From positions 1-46,602 of the forward strand of contig CAMOTC010000001.1 of NCBI GenBank assembly GCA_946625545.1: DNA of 46,602 nt, in the 5' to 3' direction. Below, piece by piece: positions 8,817-21,125 of the stretch. Source of the stretch: an uncultured Clostridia bacterium. GTDB lineage: Bacteria; Bacillota; Clostridia; Christensenellales; CAG-1252. The notes below the pieces were generated by a model. The model made no database searches. It was not told the origin of the DNA and worked only from the letters and a program-made list of their open reading frames with translations. The position numbers and the translations under genes are program-made. Every line of letters starts with the position of its first letter. Positions within the stretch are counted from its first letter, which is position 1.

Positions 8817-8846
8817 ATTATATCATAAAATAAAAATATAATTCAA
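8817..8846 (-). promoter_or_regulatory. Promoter of the SRP RNA gene
   Basis: Minus strand reads TTGAAT (8846-8841), an 18-nt spacer ending aTGa, then TATAAT (8822-8817). The predicted TSS is near 8810, the first base of the terminal helix. Confidence 0.65.
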
Positions 8847-8975
8847 GCATTTTGCAAGGATTATTCGATCTAACTTCGATGATGCCTTTTTCTTCTTAAA
8901 TCGCTTTTTGTCACAAAAGATCGATTTCACGGGAAATAAGTCATAATGCCGAGTCAGGCGCAGTAAACATTTGGT

Positions 8976-9842
8976 ATGAAGACACACCACGATTTATTGC
9001 GCTCGAATTATACTCTATACGGCGAGGCGGCGCCTACAGAACACGTCGTTCAGGACGCAAGGAGCAAGCCGAGAAAGGATCCGACATTCCCTCAAGAAAA
9101 GAATGAGAAAAAGCCCTTCTCCAAGGGGAAAACCATACTTCTCAGCGTGATGATCACTATCCTCGCCTTCTCTTTGACGTTGATCGCCGCCGACCTTCTC
9201 GGCAACGGCTCGGGGATCAAACTATATGCGAGTCTCTTCCAAAAGGAAAAGAAGACCGAAACGATCTACTACGCCGTGTATGCGACGCATTCTGCCGATA
9301 TGTCCGTATCCTATAAAAACGCCGCGGTGATCCGCGAGGAAGGCGGCGCGGGATACGTGATGAAGGATGGAGAGGAATACTACGTGATCTTAAACGTGTA
9401 CGACGACAGAGAAAATGCGCAACGCATCTCCGAGAGAAAGGCAAACTATGGGATCCTCGAGATCAAAATCTTAGAATTTGACACAGAAAAGCAACCGTCG
9501 CTGAAGATAGCAGAAGGCAGCAAAGGTCTCTATAAAGAAGCGTACGCTACTCTCTATCAAGCGGCAAACGATCTCGCCGCGGGCAAGTATGCGAAAGAAG
9601 ATATGATGCGTAGCCTACTCTCATATAAAGAAAGGATCGTTGCGATAGAAAACGCCTATGCGGAGAGCATTTCGGGATCCCCCGACACCCCCTGTATCGA
9701 ATATAAAGTGATACTTGCGGGGATCAGGAGCGCATTTGACAATCTTGAACACAACGACGAGCAGCTCGTCGCCGACGCGCGGTATTTCTCCGTGATGATC
9801 GTGAACGCCTACGCACTCTTCACTCAAAAATACTTCGCTTAA
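8976..9842 (+). CDS. Hypothetical single-pass membrane protein, possibly with a SPOR-like domain
   Basis: 288 aa. Basic N-terminus, one TM (ILLSVMITILAFSLTLIAADLL), then a beta/alpha-rich segment (YYAVYATHSADMS...EYYVILNVYDDRENAQRI) that resembles SPOR repeats. No clear SD, so the start is uncertain. Confidence 0.55.
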   Translation: MKTHHDLLRSNYTLYGEAAPTEHVVQDARSKPRKDPTFPQEKNEKKPFSKGKTILLSVMITILAFSLTLIAADLLGNGSGIKLYASLFQKEKKTETIYYAVYATHSADMSVSYKNAAVIREEGGAGYVMKDGEEYYVILNVYDDRENAQRISERKANYGILEIKILEFDTEKQPSLKIAEGSKGLYKEAYATLYQAANDLAAGKYAKEDMMRSLLSYKERIVAIENAYAESISGSPDTPCIEYKVILAGIRSAFDNLEHNDEQLVADARYFSVMIVNAYALFTQKYFA

Positions 9843-9865
9843 ATCTCACATTTCGGCGAAATACC

Positions 9866-9894
9866 TTGAAAGTATTGCGCAAAACGCCTAAAAT
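9866..9894 (+). promoter_or_regulatory. Sigma-70 promoter TTGAAA-17-TAAAAT
   Basis: TTGAAA at 9866-9871 and TAAAAT at 9889-9894, about 37 nt upstream of the deaminase ATG. Confidence 0.6.
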
Positions 9895-9930
9895 ATGATA
9901 AAGTGAATAAAACGACGCGAGGTACGCACT

Positions 9931-10386
9931 ATGGATAAATGGGATCACAGATTTATGGATATGGCGGAAAAGGTCTCCTCTTGGAGCAGTTGTTTCCAGG
10001 AGAATAGACAAGTCGGCGCGATCATCACGCGCGACAAGCGCATCCTGACCACCGGATACAACGGCGCGGGAAGCGGCATCACGAGCTGTAAAGAGCGCGG
10101 CGAATGCTTACGCAGAAAGCTGAATATCCCGAGCGGAACGCGTCACGAAATATGCTACGCCATTCACGCAGAGCAAAACGCCATCATTCAAGCGGCAAAG
10201 ATGGGGATCAGCGTAGACGGTGCGACGATATACTGCACCCATCAGCCCTGCTCCATCTGCGCGAAAATGATCATAAACAGCGGCATCCGCAGAGTGGTAT
10301 TCAAGTACGGTTATCCCGATGAATTCTCGATGGAAATGATGAAGGAAGCGAACGTCTTGATCGAGAAATACGGCGACGAAGAGTAA
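9931..10386 (+). CDS. Deoxycytidylate (dCMP) deaminase, ComEB family
   Basis: 151 aa. Has the zinc motifs HAEQNAI and PCSICAKMI. A GAGGT SD lies upstream. Confidence 0.88.
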   Translation: MDKWDHRFMDMAEKVSSWSSCFQENRQVGAIITRDKRILTTGYNGAGSGITSCKERGECLRRKLNIPSGTRHEICYAIHAEQNAIIQAAKMGISVDGATIYCTHQPCSICAKMIINSGIRRVVFKYGYPDEFSMEMMKEANVLIEKYGDEE

Positions 10387-10405
10387 GAAAATATCAAGCA
10401 ATATC

Positions 10406-10436
10406 GGGTCTCTCGCATAGGAGAGACCCTTTTTTA
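10406..10436 (+). terminator. Rho-independent terminator
   Basis: GGGTCTCTC-gcatag-GAGAGACCC followed by TTTTTT (10430-10435). Confidence 0.85.
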
Positions 10437-10494
10437 TACCATCGACGCAATGTCGAAATATTATTCTATTTGTAGAACATTGACGAGTATAATA

Positions 10495-11298
10495 TCATCT
10501 ACTGACCGCCTTTTCGAGGATCAAGACGCAGAAATACATGAGCGCCGCGAGCAAGGTCAAGATCACCGTCGAGCACATGACAAGGCTGAGATTAAAGACC
10601 TGACCGCCGTAAACGATCAAGTATCCGAGCCCTTCTCTGCTGACGAGATACTCCCCCATAATGGTACCGACCCACGCCATGCCGACGTTCACTTTCAACG
10701 CCGCGATGATATTGGATAGATTTGATGGGAGCACGAGCTTAAATAAAATCTGCGCGCGGCTTGCGGAGAGCGTCCTCATCAAGAGGATCTTATCCTTATC
10801 GACCGACAGAAACCCATTTAGGATATTGATGATCGTGATGATCACGCTGATCAAGATCGCCATCACGATGATCGCCCCCTTTCCTGCGCCGACCCAAATG
10901 ATAATGATAGGGCCAAGGGCGATCTTAGGAAGAGCATTCAGGACGACGATATAGGGTTCGAGGATCCTTCTCAGAGGTTCGATCGACCATAGGATCACAG
11001 CGATCACAAGTCCGATCACCGTCGCCGAGATAAAGCCGATCACCGTCTCAAGCAACGTCGCGGAAACGTGTCTCCACAGGTCGCCCGACCGAGACAGAGA
11101 GAGGAAGGACTCCCACATCTTTGAGGGCGAACTGAAAATAAAGCTGTCGATGATCTCGTATTTTGCGAGCAGCTCCCATACCAGAAAGAACTGTACGAGG
11201 AGAAATATCTGCATCATGACGATAAAGATCGTTCGACCTCTTTCCTTTTTCAAATAACGAAGATGCTCTTCACTGATCGCTTTTTCTCTCTTTTTCAT
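10495..11298 (-). CDS. ABC transporter permease (NitT/TauT, SsuC-like family)
   Basis: Polytopic membrane protein that follows the ATPase gene. I prefer the start at 11298 (MKKREK) because GGAG lies 7 nt upstream. The ORF track starts at 11358. Confidence 0.85.
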   Translation of the reverse strand: MKKREKAISEEHLRYLKKERGRTIFIVMMQIFLLVQFFLVWELLAKYEIIDSFIFSSPSKMWESFLSLSRSGDLWRHVSATLLETVIGFISATVIGLVIAVILWSIEPLRRILEPYIVVLNALPKIALGPIIIIWVGAGKGAIIVMAILISVIITIINILNGFLSVDKDKILLMRTLSASRAQILFKLVLPSNLSNIIAALKVNVGMAWVGTIMGEYLVSREGLGYLIVYGGQVFNLSLVMCSTVILTLLAALMYFCVLILEKAVSR

Positions 11299-12043
11299 CT
11301 GTAAACTCCAATTCTTTCCACACTTCTCTAAAGAGGTTTGCAAACTCAGGATGCTCACGCCTCTCTATGGAGGAAAGACTTTTATCGATAGGATTATCAA
11401 AGAGCTTCTTTACCGTCGCAGGTCTTGCGCTCAGGACGGCGACTCTGTCACAGAGTGCGATCGCTTCGCTGATGTCGTGGGTGACGAGGATAGCGGTGAC
11501 CTTTTCTTCCGTGATGATCTCCCTGACGTCCTCTGCCACGTTGAGACGCGTCTGAAAGTCCAGAGCCGAGAACGGCTCGTCGAGAAGGATGAGTTTCGGG
11601 CGCAGAGCAAGGGTGCGGATCAGCGCTACGCGCTGCCGCATACCGCCCGATAATTCCGAAGGCTTTTTCTTGATAAAGTCTCCCAAACTGTACTTCTCGA
11701 GAAGGGAACGAGCATAACCGACTCGCTCCGCCGATTTGATCCCTCGTATCTCCAAGCCAAGGATCACGTTCTCTTCGATGGTTCGCCATTCGAATAGGTG
11801 ATCTCGCTGTAACATATAGCCGATCTCGGAGGGGGAGATATTTCTCTCCACCTTCCCCGATGACGGCTCCAAGATGCCGGCGAGAATGGAGAGGAGAGTC
11901 GTTTTGCCGCTTCCCGAGGGACCTACTATCCCCAAAAACTCCCCTTCGCCAACCGAGAGATCCATCGAACGGATCGCCTCGGTCTCACCGGTTTTACCAT
12001 GATATCGGTGCGTTACACCGATCAGCCTCAATATCTCATTCAT
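11270..12043 (-). CDS. ABC transporter ATP-binding protein (NitT/TauT family)
   Basis: Walker A GPSGSGKTT, signature LSGGMRQRV, Walker B LILLDEPFSALD. Confidence 0.92.
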   Translation of the reverse strand: MNEILRLIGVTHRYHGKTGETEAIRSMDLSVGEGEFLGIVGPSGSGKTTLLSILAGILEPSSGKVERNISPSEIGYMLQRDHLFEWRTIEENVILGLEIRGIKSAERVGYARSLLEKYSLGDFIKKKPSELSGGMRQRVALIRTLALRPKLILLDEPFSALDFQTRLNVAEDVREIITEEKVTAILVTHDISEAIALCDRVAVLSARPATVKKLFDNPIDKSLSSIERREHPEFANLFREVWKELEFTDEKERKSDQ

Positions 12044-12067
12044 TTTTTCTCTTGTACGATATGCATT

Positions 12068-13054
12068 TTAGCCCAGGTAGCTGTTATCCACGAGACTGTC
12101 GTAGTCTGCGCGCTTCGTCATCACACCCGCAGAGACGATGATATCTTGCAGATGCTCAAAGTCATCCTTCTTCAGTTTCATATCATCCACGTAGGCGCCG
12201 ATCCTCTTATAATTCGCGATCGCAGAGGTCAAGACGGATTCGGAGGTATCCGCAAAGGAGGGTGCGACTGCCTTAGCGATTATTTCCGCAGTATTGTTTT
12301 TGACAAACTCAACGCCCTTTTGGATAGCCGCCAGGAACCGCGTGACCTTGTCGCCGTTTTTCTCGAGATAGGACTTTTCCGCACAGAAACAGGTATAGGG
12401 GATATCGCCCGCCTCTTCACCGACCGAAGCTACGAGATATCCCTTCCCCGCGAGCTCGAAATTGGTCGCGGCAGGTTCAAACATCGTGCAAAAGTCCCCT
12501 GTCCCGCCGTCAAAAGCCGCAGAGATCAGGTCGTACTGTACGTCGTAATTGATCGTCATATTGACGCCGTTTACGTAGCCGTTCTTTTTGAGGGCGTATT
12601 CGAGAGCCATCGCAGGCACGCCGCCCTTTCTGCCGCCGATGATCTCCTTATTCAGGAATGCGGTGGACCAATCAAAAGTATCGGTATCCTCACGTCCGAT
12701 CACAAAGGAGCCGTCCCTCTTGGTGAGCTGTCCGATCACGATGGGGTAGTTCTTTTTACCCTCGTTATAGACGTAGATCGAGGCTTCGGGGCCGCAGAAA
12801 CCGATATCCGCCTGCCCCGACAAGACCGCAGTCATCGTCTTATCCGCGCCACCACCGTTGGTCAGCTCGATCGTGAGCCCCTGCTCCTCGAAGTAACCTT
12901 CGCTCATCGCCACGTAGAGAGGCGCATAGAATACGGAGTGCGTGACTTCGTTCAAACGAATGACCTCTTCGGCGTCCTGCGAGCAAGCTGCAAGGGGCAA
13001 GCAGAGCGCAAGGAGCGAGACAACCAGTAATGTTACGATGATTTTTCTCTTCAT
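12068..13054 (-). CDS. ABC substrate-binding lipoprotein, NMT1/THI5 (SsuA)-like
   Basis: Signal peptide with lipobox LPLAAC. The body resembles NMT1/THI5-type binding proteins. The substrate cannot be determined from sequence. Confidence 0.8.
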   Translation of the reverse strand: MKRKIIVTLLVVSLLALCLPLAACSQDAEEVIRLNEVTHSVFYAPLYVAMSEGYFEEQGLTIELTNGGGADKTMTAVLSGQADIGFCGPEASIYVYNEGKKNYPIVIGQLTKRDGSFVIGREDTDTFDWSTAFLNKEIIGGRKGGVPAMALEYALKKNGYVNGVNMTINYDVQYDLISAAFDGGTGDFCTMFEPAATNFELAGKGYLVASVGEEAGDIPYTCFCAEKSYLEKNGDKVTRFLAAIQKGVEFVKNNTAEIIAKAVAPSFADTSESVLTSAIANYKRIGAYVDDMKLKKDDFEHLQDIIVSAGVMTKRADYDSLVDNSYLG

Positions 13055-13157
13055 AGTAATCTCCTTATTAAAAATTTCTATTCCATTCTATTCTCCGATG
13101 GGGAGAAATGTTTTCTTTCGGCAGGCTATCCCGAGCGAAGTAAATACCATACTTTGT

Positions 13158-13186
13158 TTGACAATATAAAAAATAAGTTATAAAAT
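13158..13186 (+). promoter_or_regulatory. Sigma-70 promoter TTGACA-17-TAAAAT, placed for a leaderless pgsA mRNA
   Basis: TTGACA at 13158-13163 and TAAAAT at 13181-13186. Only 7 nt (ctatttt) separate the -10 from the ATG at 13194, and there is no SD. Confidence 0.6.
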
Positions 13187-13193
13187 CTATTTT

Positions 13194-13826
13194 ATGAGTA
13201 GTAAGGTCAAGAAAGAGGATTTTTATAATCCCCCAAACATTCTCACCTATCTCAGGATACTGTGCGTTCCCGCCTTCGCCGCGGTATTTTTTGCTGTGGA
13301 CAGCACGAAGAATCTCAACGTCTATATCGCCTTCTCGATCTTCCTATTCGCCTCCGTCACAGACCTCCTGGACGGCTTTATCGCACGCAAATTCGGCTAC
13401 ATCACCGACCTTGGAAAGATGCTCGACCCTCTCGCAGACAAGTTGCTTCAAGTGACGACGGCGATCTGTCTCTGCATCAACGATTTCGTGCATTATTCAA
13501 ATATCGGTATGCTCTTTATCGCCTTCCCCATCGCGTTGGGGCTGAAGGAAGGATTTATGCTCCTTTGGGGTATCATCCTCGCGAGAAAAAAAATCATCGT
13601 ACACAGCAATTTTTTCGGAAAAGCTGCTGCATTTATCAACACACTCGGCATGCTTCTCAGCTTCTTTGCGGGGGAGACGTATGATCTCTACCGCATTTTG
13701 GCGACCGTCGTGCTCTCGCTCGGTACGATCGCCGCTTATATCGCGCTTATCGACTATAGTCGAAAGTTATACGTCCAGCTCGATCATTCGGTAAAGAATA
13801 AATCGGACTTGGATCTGAAATTTTGA
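13194..13826 (+). CDS. pgsA: CDP-diacylglycerol--glycerol-3-phosphate 3-phosphatidyltransferase
   Basis: CDP-alcohol phosphatidyltransferase motif [27 protein letters not shown]. Multiple TM helices. Confidence 0.88.
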   Translation: MSSKVKKEDFYNPPNILTYLRILCVPAFAAVFFAVDSTKNLNVYIAFSIFLFASVTDLLDGFIARKFGYITDLGKMLDPLADKLLQVTTAICLCINDFVHYSNIGMLFIAFPIALGLKEGFMLLWGIILARKKIIVHSNFFGKAAAFINTLGMLLSFFAGETYDLYRILATVVLSLGTIAAYIALIDYSRKLYVQLDHSVKNKSDLDLKF

Positions 13827-13842
13827 GACAGAGGAACAAACT

Positions 13843-16470
13843 ATGGAAATGGAAAAGACCTACGACCCCTCCCTATTTGAAGACAAGCTCTACGCCAACT
13901 GGATGGCGAAGGGATACTTTACCCCACATATCGATCCGAAAAAGGATCCCTATACCATCGTGATCCCCCCGCCCAATATCACGGGGCAATTACACATGGG
14001 CCACGCGCTGAATAATACCTTGCAGGATATCATGGTGCGTTTCAAGCGTATGCAGGGGCATCCTACCCTTTGGCTCCCCGGCACCGACCACGCATCTATC
14101 GCGACCGAGGTCAAGATCGTGGACAAACTCAAGGCGGAAGGCACGAGCAAAGAAGAGCTCGGCAGAGAGGGTTTCCTTAAGGCCGCTTGGGAATGGAAAA
14201 AGCAGTACGGCGGCAGGATCGTCGAACAGCTAAAGAAGCTCGGCTCCTCCCTCGATTGGACGAGAGAAGCCTTCACGATGGACGAGAAATGCAATCGCGC
14301 GGTGAAAAAGGTCTTTGTCAATCTCTACAACAAAGGATTGATCTATCGCGGCAGCCGTATCATCAATTGGTGTCCCTGCTGTAAAACCGCCCTTTCCGAC
14401 GCTGAGGTCGAATACAGCGAGCAGGACAGTTTCCTCTGGCATATCAAATATCCTCTTACCGACGGAAGCGGCTATCTGACCGTTGCCACGACCCGTCCCG
14501 AGACCATGTTCGGCGATACCGCCGTCGCGGTCAATCCCAAGGATGAGAGATATGCTTCCATCATCGGCAAGACGCTTTCCCTTCCCCTCACCGATCGCGA
14601 GATCCCCATCGTCGCGGACGAGTACGTCGAGATGGACTTCGGTAGCGGCGCGGTCAAGATCACGCCTGCGCACGATCCCAACGACTTCGAGGTGGGTATG
14701 CGCCACAATCTCGAGATCATCCGCGTGATGAATGACGACGGCACGATGAACGAGAAGGCGGGCGCCGCCTATTGCGGCCTCGATCGTATGGTCGCGAGAA
14801 AGAAGGTGGAGGAAGACCTCGCCGCTCTCGGTCTCTTGATCGAGAAAGAGCCCTACAAGCACAACGTCGGCGAATGCTATCGTTGCCATAGCAGCGTGGA
14901 GCCCATCATCTCCAAGCAGTGGTTCGTCAAGATGAAGCCCCTCGCAGAGCCCGCGATCAAGGTCGTGAAGCAAGGAGATATCGAATTTATCCCCGAACGC
15001 TTCTCCAAGGTGTATTTCGGGTGGATGGAAAATATCAAGGATTGGTGTATCTCCCGTCAGCTGTGGTGGGGACATCGTATCCCGGCTTATTACTGCGAAG
15101 AGTGCGGCGAGACCATCGTTGCCGAAGACACTCCCACAAAGTGCCCGAAGTGCGGTTGCACCCATTTCAAACAGGACGAGGACGTGCTCGACACTTGGTT
15201 CTCGAGCGCCCTTTGGCCCTTCTCTACCCTCGGCTATCCCGATCAGACGGATGACCTCAAGTATTTCTACCCGACAAGCGTCCTCATCACTGCCTACGAC
15301 ATCATCTTCTTCTGGGTGGCGAGAATGATCTTCTCGGGCTTGGAGCACATGGGTGAGATCCCCTTCTCCAAGGTCATGATCCACGGCATCGTGCGCGATA
15401 AGCTGGGCAGAAAAATGAGCAAGAGCCTCGGCAACGGCATCGATCCTCTGCTGATCATCGATAAGTACGGCGCGGACTCTCTGCGTTTCTCCCTCGCGAA
15501 CGGTATCGCCCCCGGCGGCGACACCCGCTTCTACGAGGAGAAAGTCGAGAGCGCGAGAAACTTTATCAACAAGGTCTGGAATGCTTCGAGATTTGTGATG
15601 ATGAACCTCGAAAACGTCGAGCTCCTCCCCATCGAAAAGACCGATAAAACCATCGCGGATCGCTGGATCCTCAGCCGCCTGCAGGAGACTGCAAAGGCGG
15701 TCACCGACAACCTCGAGAAATACGAGATCGGCCTTGCAGGCGCAAAGATGTACGACTTCGTCTGGAGCGAGTTCTGTGACTGGTATATCGAAGCGATCAA
15801 GCCCTCGCTCTATTCCGACGACGCCGCCGTGAAACAAAATGCGGCATCGAATATCTACTACGTGCTGACGAACATCTTAAAGATGCTCCACCCCTATATC
15901 CCCTTCGTGACAGAGCACATCTATCTCTCCCTCCCCATTCACGAAGAGACCATTATGCTCTCGAGCTATCCGACCTATCGTGATGATCTATACTTCGAAA
16001 AGGAAAAGGCCGAATTCGAGGCAGTCATGGATATGATCAAAGGGATCAGAAATATCCGTGCGGAGATGAACGTCGCCCCCTCCAAGCGCATCCATATCAC
16101 GGTCAAGACCGCAAATGAGGATCTGATCAAGTCGGGCGAAGGCTATCTCGCAAAACTCGCAGGTGTGGAAAAGGTCATCTATGATGCCTCGTACATTCCC
16201 GGCAAGAAAGAGAGCACCGTCGTCACAGCTGCTGCCGAGATCTATATCCCGCTCGGCGACCTCATTGACTATGACAAAGAGATCGAGAGACTCGAGAAGG
16301 AGAAAGCCTCCCTCGAGAAGGAGATCGCAAGGTCAAAGGGGATGTTGAATAACCCCGGGTTTGTCTCTCGCGCGCCTGAAAACGTGGTCAACGCAGAACG
16401 TGACCGCCTCGCCGTCAACGAAGAAAAGCTCGCAAAGATCATCGCGAATATAAAAGCATTCAGCGATTGA
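13843..16470 (+). CDS. valS: Valine--tRNA ligase
   Basis: 875 aa. Has [14 protein letters not shown] (HIGH), KMSKSLGN (KMSKS) and a C-terminal coiled coil. An AGAGGAA SD is present. It starts 16 nt after pgsA. Confidence 0.95.
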   Translation: MEMEKTYDPSLFEDKLYANWMAKGYFTPHIDPKKDPYTIVIPPPNITGQLHMGHALNNTLQDIMVRFKRMQGHPTLWLPGTDHASIATEVKIVDKLKAEGTSKEELGREGFLKAAWEWKKQYGGRIVEQLKKLGSSLDWTREAFTMDEKCNRAVKKVFVNLYNKGLIYRGSRIINWCPCCKTALSDAEVEYSEQDSFLWHIKYPLTDGSGYLTVATTRPETMFGDTAVAVNPKDERYASIIGKTLSLPLTDREIPIVADEYVEMDFGSGAVKITPAHDPNDFEVGMRHNLEIIRVMNDDGTMNEKAGAAYCGLDRMVARKKVEEDLAALGLLIEKEPYKHNVGECYRCHSSVEPIISKQWFVKMKPLAEPAIKVVKQGDIEFIPERFSKVYFGWMENIKDWCISRQLWWGHRIPAYYCEECGETIVAEDTPTKCPKCGCTHFKQDEDVLDTWFSSALWPFSTLGYPDQTDDLKYFYPTSVLITAYDIIFFWVARMIFSGLEHMGEIPFSKVMIHGIVRDKLGRKMSKSLGNGIDPLLIIDKYGADSLRFSLANGIAPGGDTRFYEEKVESARNFINKVWNASRFVMMNLENVELLPIEKTDKTIADRWILSRLQETAKAVTDNLEKYEIGLAGAKMYDFVWSEFCDWYIEAIKPSLYSDDAAVKQNAASNIYYVLTNILKMLHPYIPFVTEHIYLSLPIHEETIMLSSYPTYRDDLYFEKEKAEFEAVMDMIKGIRNIRAEMNVAPSKRIHITVKTANEDLIKSGEGYLAKLAGVEKVIYDASYIPGKKESTVVTAAAEIYIPLGDLIDYDKEIERLEKEKASLEKEIARSKGMLNNPGFVSRAPENVVNAERDRLAVNEEKLAKIIANIKAFSD

Positions 16471-17295
16471 TCAGGATAAGAGTGCCGCGAGAACGTTTTT
16501 ATTGCGTTCGGTGATCTCTTCAAGGTATTCTTCCCCGACAGGGTGTGCCGCCTCGGAAGGTGCGACCTCTATCGTGAAAGATGGAATATCAAAGTTGCGT
16601 ATGCACCAATCCTTATACCCACCTGCACTATTTCTCGTCAGTAGCGGCGTATAACCCGTCACAGCAGACAAACGATAAGCAATAGCCTCGTCCCCGGCGA
16701 GGCTATTTTCGTTCTGTCCCTTAAAGCCGTAATAGATGACCTCACCCTTGGTATGATAGGAGATCGTAGCGTAGGGAGAAATGCTTTTCGTGAAATCGGC
16801 AAGAACGTTCACCTCTCTTTCGCTCATGGGATAATATCCGATGAAACTCTCGGGAGCGGGGCAACGCCTATTCTGCCCTCCACTGCCCCAATCTGCGTTA
16901 AAATTCGTATTGAGATCCACCCCATTCGCATTCGCTTTATAGAGGGAATAATCGTCGCTACCGTTCACACTGCGCAGATATTCCCTCGTCTTATCGCAGG
17001 AAACGAAAGCATCGCCGTCAAGGACGAGGCGTATCCCATCGGGATCGACATTATAGATAAAGTATGCGCCGCCACCAAAGGAATGCTCGGCGGCGTATTT
17101 CGTCAGTTCGACGCCGAGCAATGCGGTGATATACTCTCGGGCGTGGATCGCGCATTGGACGATGACTTGACGCCCCGCATAACTCCCAACGTGCGAAGCA
17201 TAGATCGGCTGCGAGAGCAAACTGTACCCTACCGTAAAAAAGTCCGAGGCGCCCTCGACCGAGCGGATTATCTCTGTCAATTCGGCATAATTCAT
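16471..17295 (-). CDS. M14-family zinc carboxypeptidase (gamma-D-glutamyl-meso-diaminopimelate peptidase-like)
   Basis: 274 aa. Has the HAREYIT (HxxE) zinc motif and a second His in ISYHTKGEVIYY. Confidence 0.75.
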   Translation of the reverse strand: MNYAELTEIIRSVEGASDFFTVGYSLLSQPIYASHVGSYAGRQVIVQCAIHAREYITALLGVELTKYAAEHSFGGGAYFIYNVDPDGIRLVLDGDAFVSCDKTREYLRSVNGSDDYSLYKANANGVDLNTNFNADWGSGGQNRRCPAPESFIGYYPMSEREVNVLADFTKSISPYATISYHTKGEVIYYGFKGQNENSLAGDEAIAYRLSAVTGYTPLLTRNSAGGYKDWCIRNFDIPSFTIEVAPSEAAHPVGEEYLEEITERNKNVLAALLS

Positions 17296-17328
17296 AGTAC
17301 ATTTTATTACGACGTCTCTCGATCGGTT

Positions 17329-17369
17329 AAAAAAAAATCCTCCGAGCTATCCGAGGATAGGTCGGAGGA
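17329..17369 (-). terminator. Rho-independent terminator after gdhA
   Basis: Minus-strand UCCUCCGA ... UCGGAGGA is a perfect 8-bp outer stem (17369-17362 with 17345-17338). It encloses a CUAUCC/GGAUAG helix and is followed by nine U (17337-17329). Confidence 0.85.
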
Positions 17370-17391
17370 CCGATGGATTATGAACCGATGA

Positions 17392-19975
<2,584 letters not shown>

Positions 19976-20001
19976 AGTCCTCTCCTAAATATTATAAATG
20001 T

Positions 20002-20031
20002 ATTTTATCACCCATACTATATTTTTTGCAA
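20002..20031 (-). promoter_or_regulatory. Promoter of icd-gdhA, TTGCAA-18-(TGa)TAAAAT
   Basis: Minus strand has TTGCAA (20031-20026) and the extended -10 TGaTAAAAT (20010-20002). Confidence 0.55.
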
Positions 20032-20042
20032 GGGTTCAAGGG

Positions 20043-21116
20043 TCATTTTTGCGGATAAACGGATAGATTATCTAAAACCCTACTATTAAAAGAGATTATA
20101 TCTTTTACCTCAGCACGGCGAATGCTCTCCGCCATCACGCGAGAGAGGAGATCGGGAAATTCGATCCCGACTTCCTCAAAAAGATAGTATGCGAGAGACC
20201 CCGGCTGAGCGTTTATCTCGTTGAGATAGATCACGTCATGCTCTTCCGAATATAAATAATCGATACGTACGATCCCGTCGAGCTCAAATGCATTATACAC
20301 CCGCTCCGTCATTTCGCGCACGCGATCAGCGAGAGACCCATGGAGGATCCTATTGCTTCCCGACTTGTACTTCCCTCCCTCGTACTTTTCACCAAAGGTC
20401 AAGAATTCGTGCCACGGTCTCGGGTTTTCCACCCCGCCGATCACGATGCTATCTCCCTCGCGAAATGCGGCGCAGTTCAACTCCATCGCTTTCTCGATCA
20501 TCCGCTCGATCACTACGTCACGGTCGAAGGAAAAGGCGAGCGCGACTGCGGAAATCAATTCTTCTTCATTATGCGCAACGCTGATCCCGATACTCGACCC
20601 AAGCCTCGCAGGCTTTACGATCAAGGGATAATCAAGCGACTCCGCCCTCTCGATCACGTCCTCTCTCGCGCTACCTACGATCCCCTCCGCCGTGGGGATC
20701 AAGTGCGTCAAACACAGAGCCTTTGTCAAGCGCTTATCCATCGTCACGGCAGAAGGAATATGGCTCGGCGCCGTATAGGGGATAGAGAATATCTCCATAA
20801 GTGAGGAGAATCGACCGTCCTCTCCTTCTCCGCCGTGGCAACACATGATCATACAGTCCAAGACGGTCTTTCGCCCCCATACGGAGATCGCCCCTCTCCC
20901 ATTCTTTCTCGCGAAGGTCACTTTACGCTTCTTTACTCGATGCTTCGCAAAGTCGCGTATTTCGATCCCCCCTTTTACGAGATAGAAATCCCCTTGATCC
21001 GCATAGATCGGATAGATCTCGACTCGCCCTTCGAGAGCCGCCGCCACCTGCGCCGCCGTAATGATCGAGATATCGTGCTCGTAACTCCTGCCACCAAATA
21101 ATATGCCGACCTTCAT
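20043..21116 (-). CDS. ddl: D-alanine--D-alanine ligase (ATP-grasp)
   Basis: The N-terminus MKVGILFGGRSYEHDISIITA and an ATP-grasp core (LIVKPARLGSSIGISV; YLNEINAQPGS). An AAGGAGG SD is present. Confidence 0.88.
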   Translation of the reverse strand: MKVGILFGGRSYEHDISIITAAQVAAALEGRVEIYPIYADQGDFYLVKGGIEIRDFAKHRVKKRKVTFARKNGRGAISVWGRKTVLDCMIMCCHGGEGEDGRFSSLMEIFSIPYTAPSHIPSAVTMDKRLTKALCLTHLIPTAEGIVGSAREDVIERAESLDYPLIVKPARLGSSIGISVAHNEEELISAVALAFSFDRDVVIERMIEKAMELNCAAFREGDSIVIGGVENPRPWHEFLTFGEKYEGGKYKSGSNRILHGSLADRVREMTERVYNAFELDGIVRIDYLYSEEHDVIYLNEINAQPGSLAYYLFEEVGIEFPDLLSRVMAESIRRAEVKDIISFNSRVLDNLSVYPQK

Positions 21117-21125
21117 AAAACCTCC

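Noticed and set aside
10460-10492. A perfect TATAAT (in cattgacgagTATAATatc) on the plus strand, pointing antisense into the ABC permease gene.
   Set aside because: There is no acceptable -35 at 16-18 nt (the TTGACG is only 3 nt away) and no downstream plus-strand ORF or structure. It is probably fortuitous in an AT-rich gene end.
13055-13193. Possible TPP (or other) riboswitch in the ~100-nt leader of the NMT1/THI5-like ABC importer operon.
   Set aside because: The minus-strand leader lacks the conserved CUGAGA and ACCUGAUCUGGAUAAUGCCAGCG-type TPP elements. It shows only one tiny hairpin (CUCC-ccauc-GGAG). No riboswitch class could be recognised.
17296-17330. A third leaderless promoter, in front of the M14 peptidase gene (TAAAAT 5 nt upstream of the ATG at 17295).
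   Set aside because: The -35 region is poor (TAACCG or TTTTAA) and the -10-to-ATG spacing is short. The evidence is much weaker than for tsaE and pgsA, so it is not reported as a feature.
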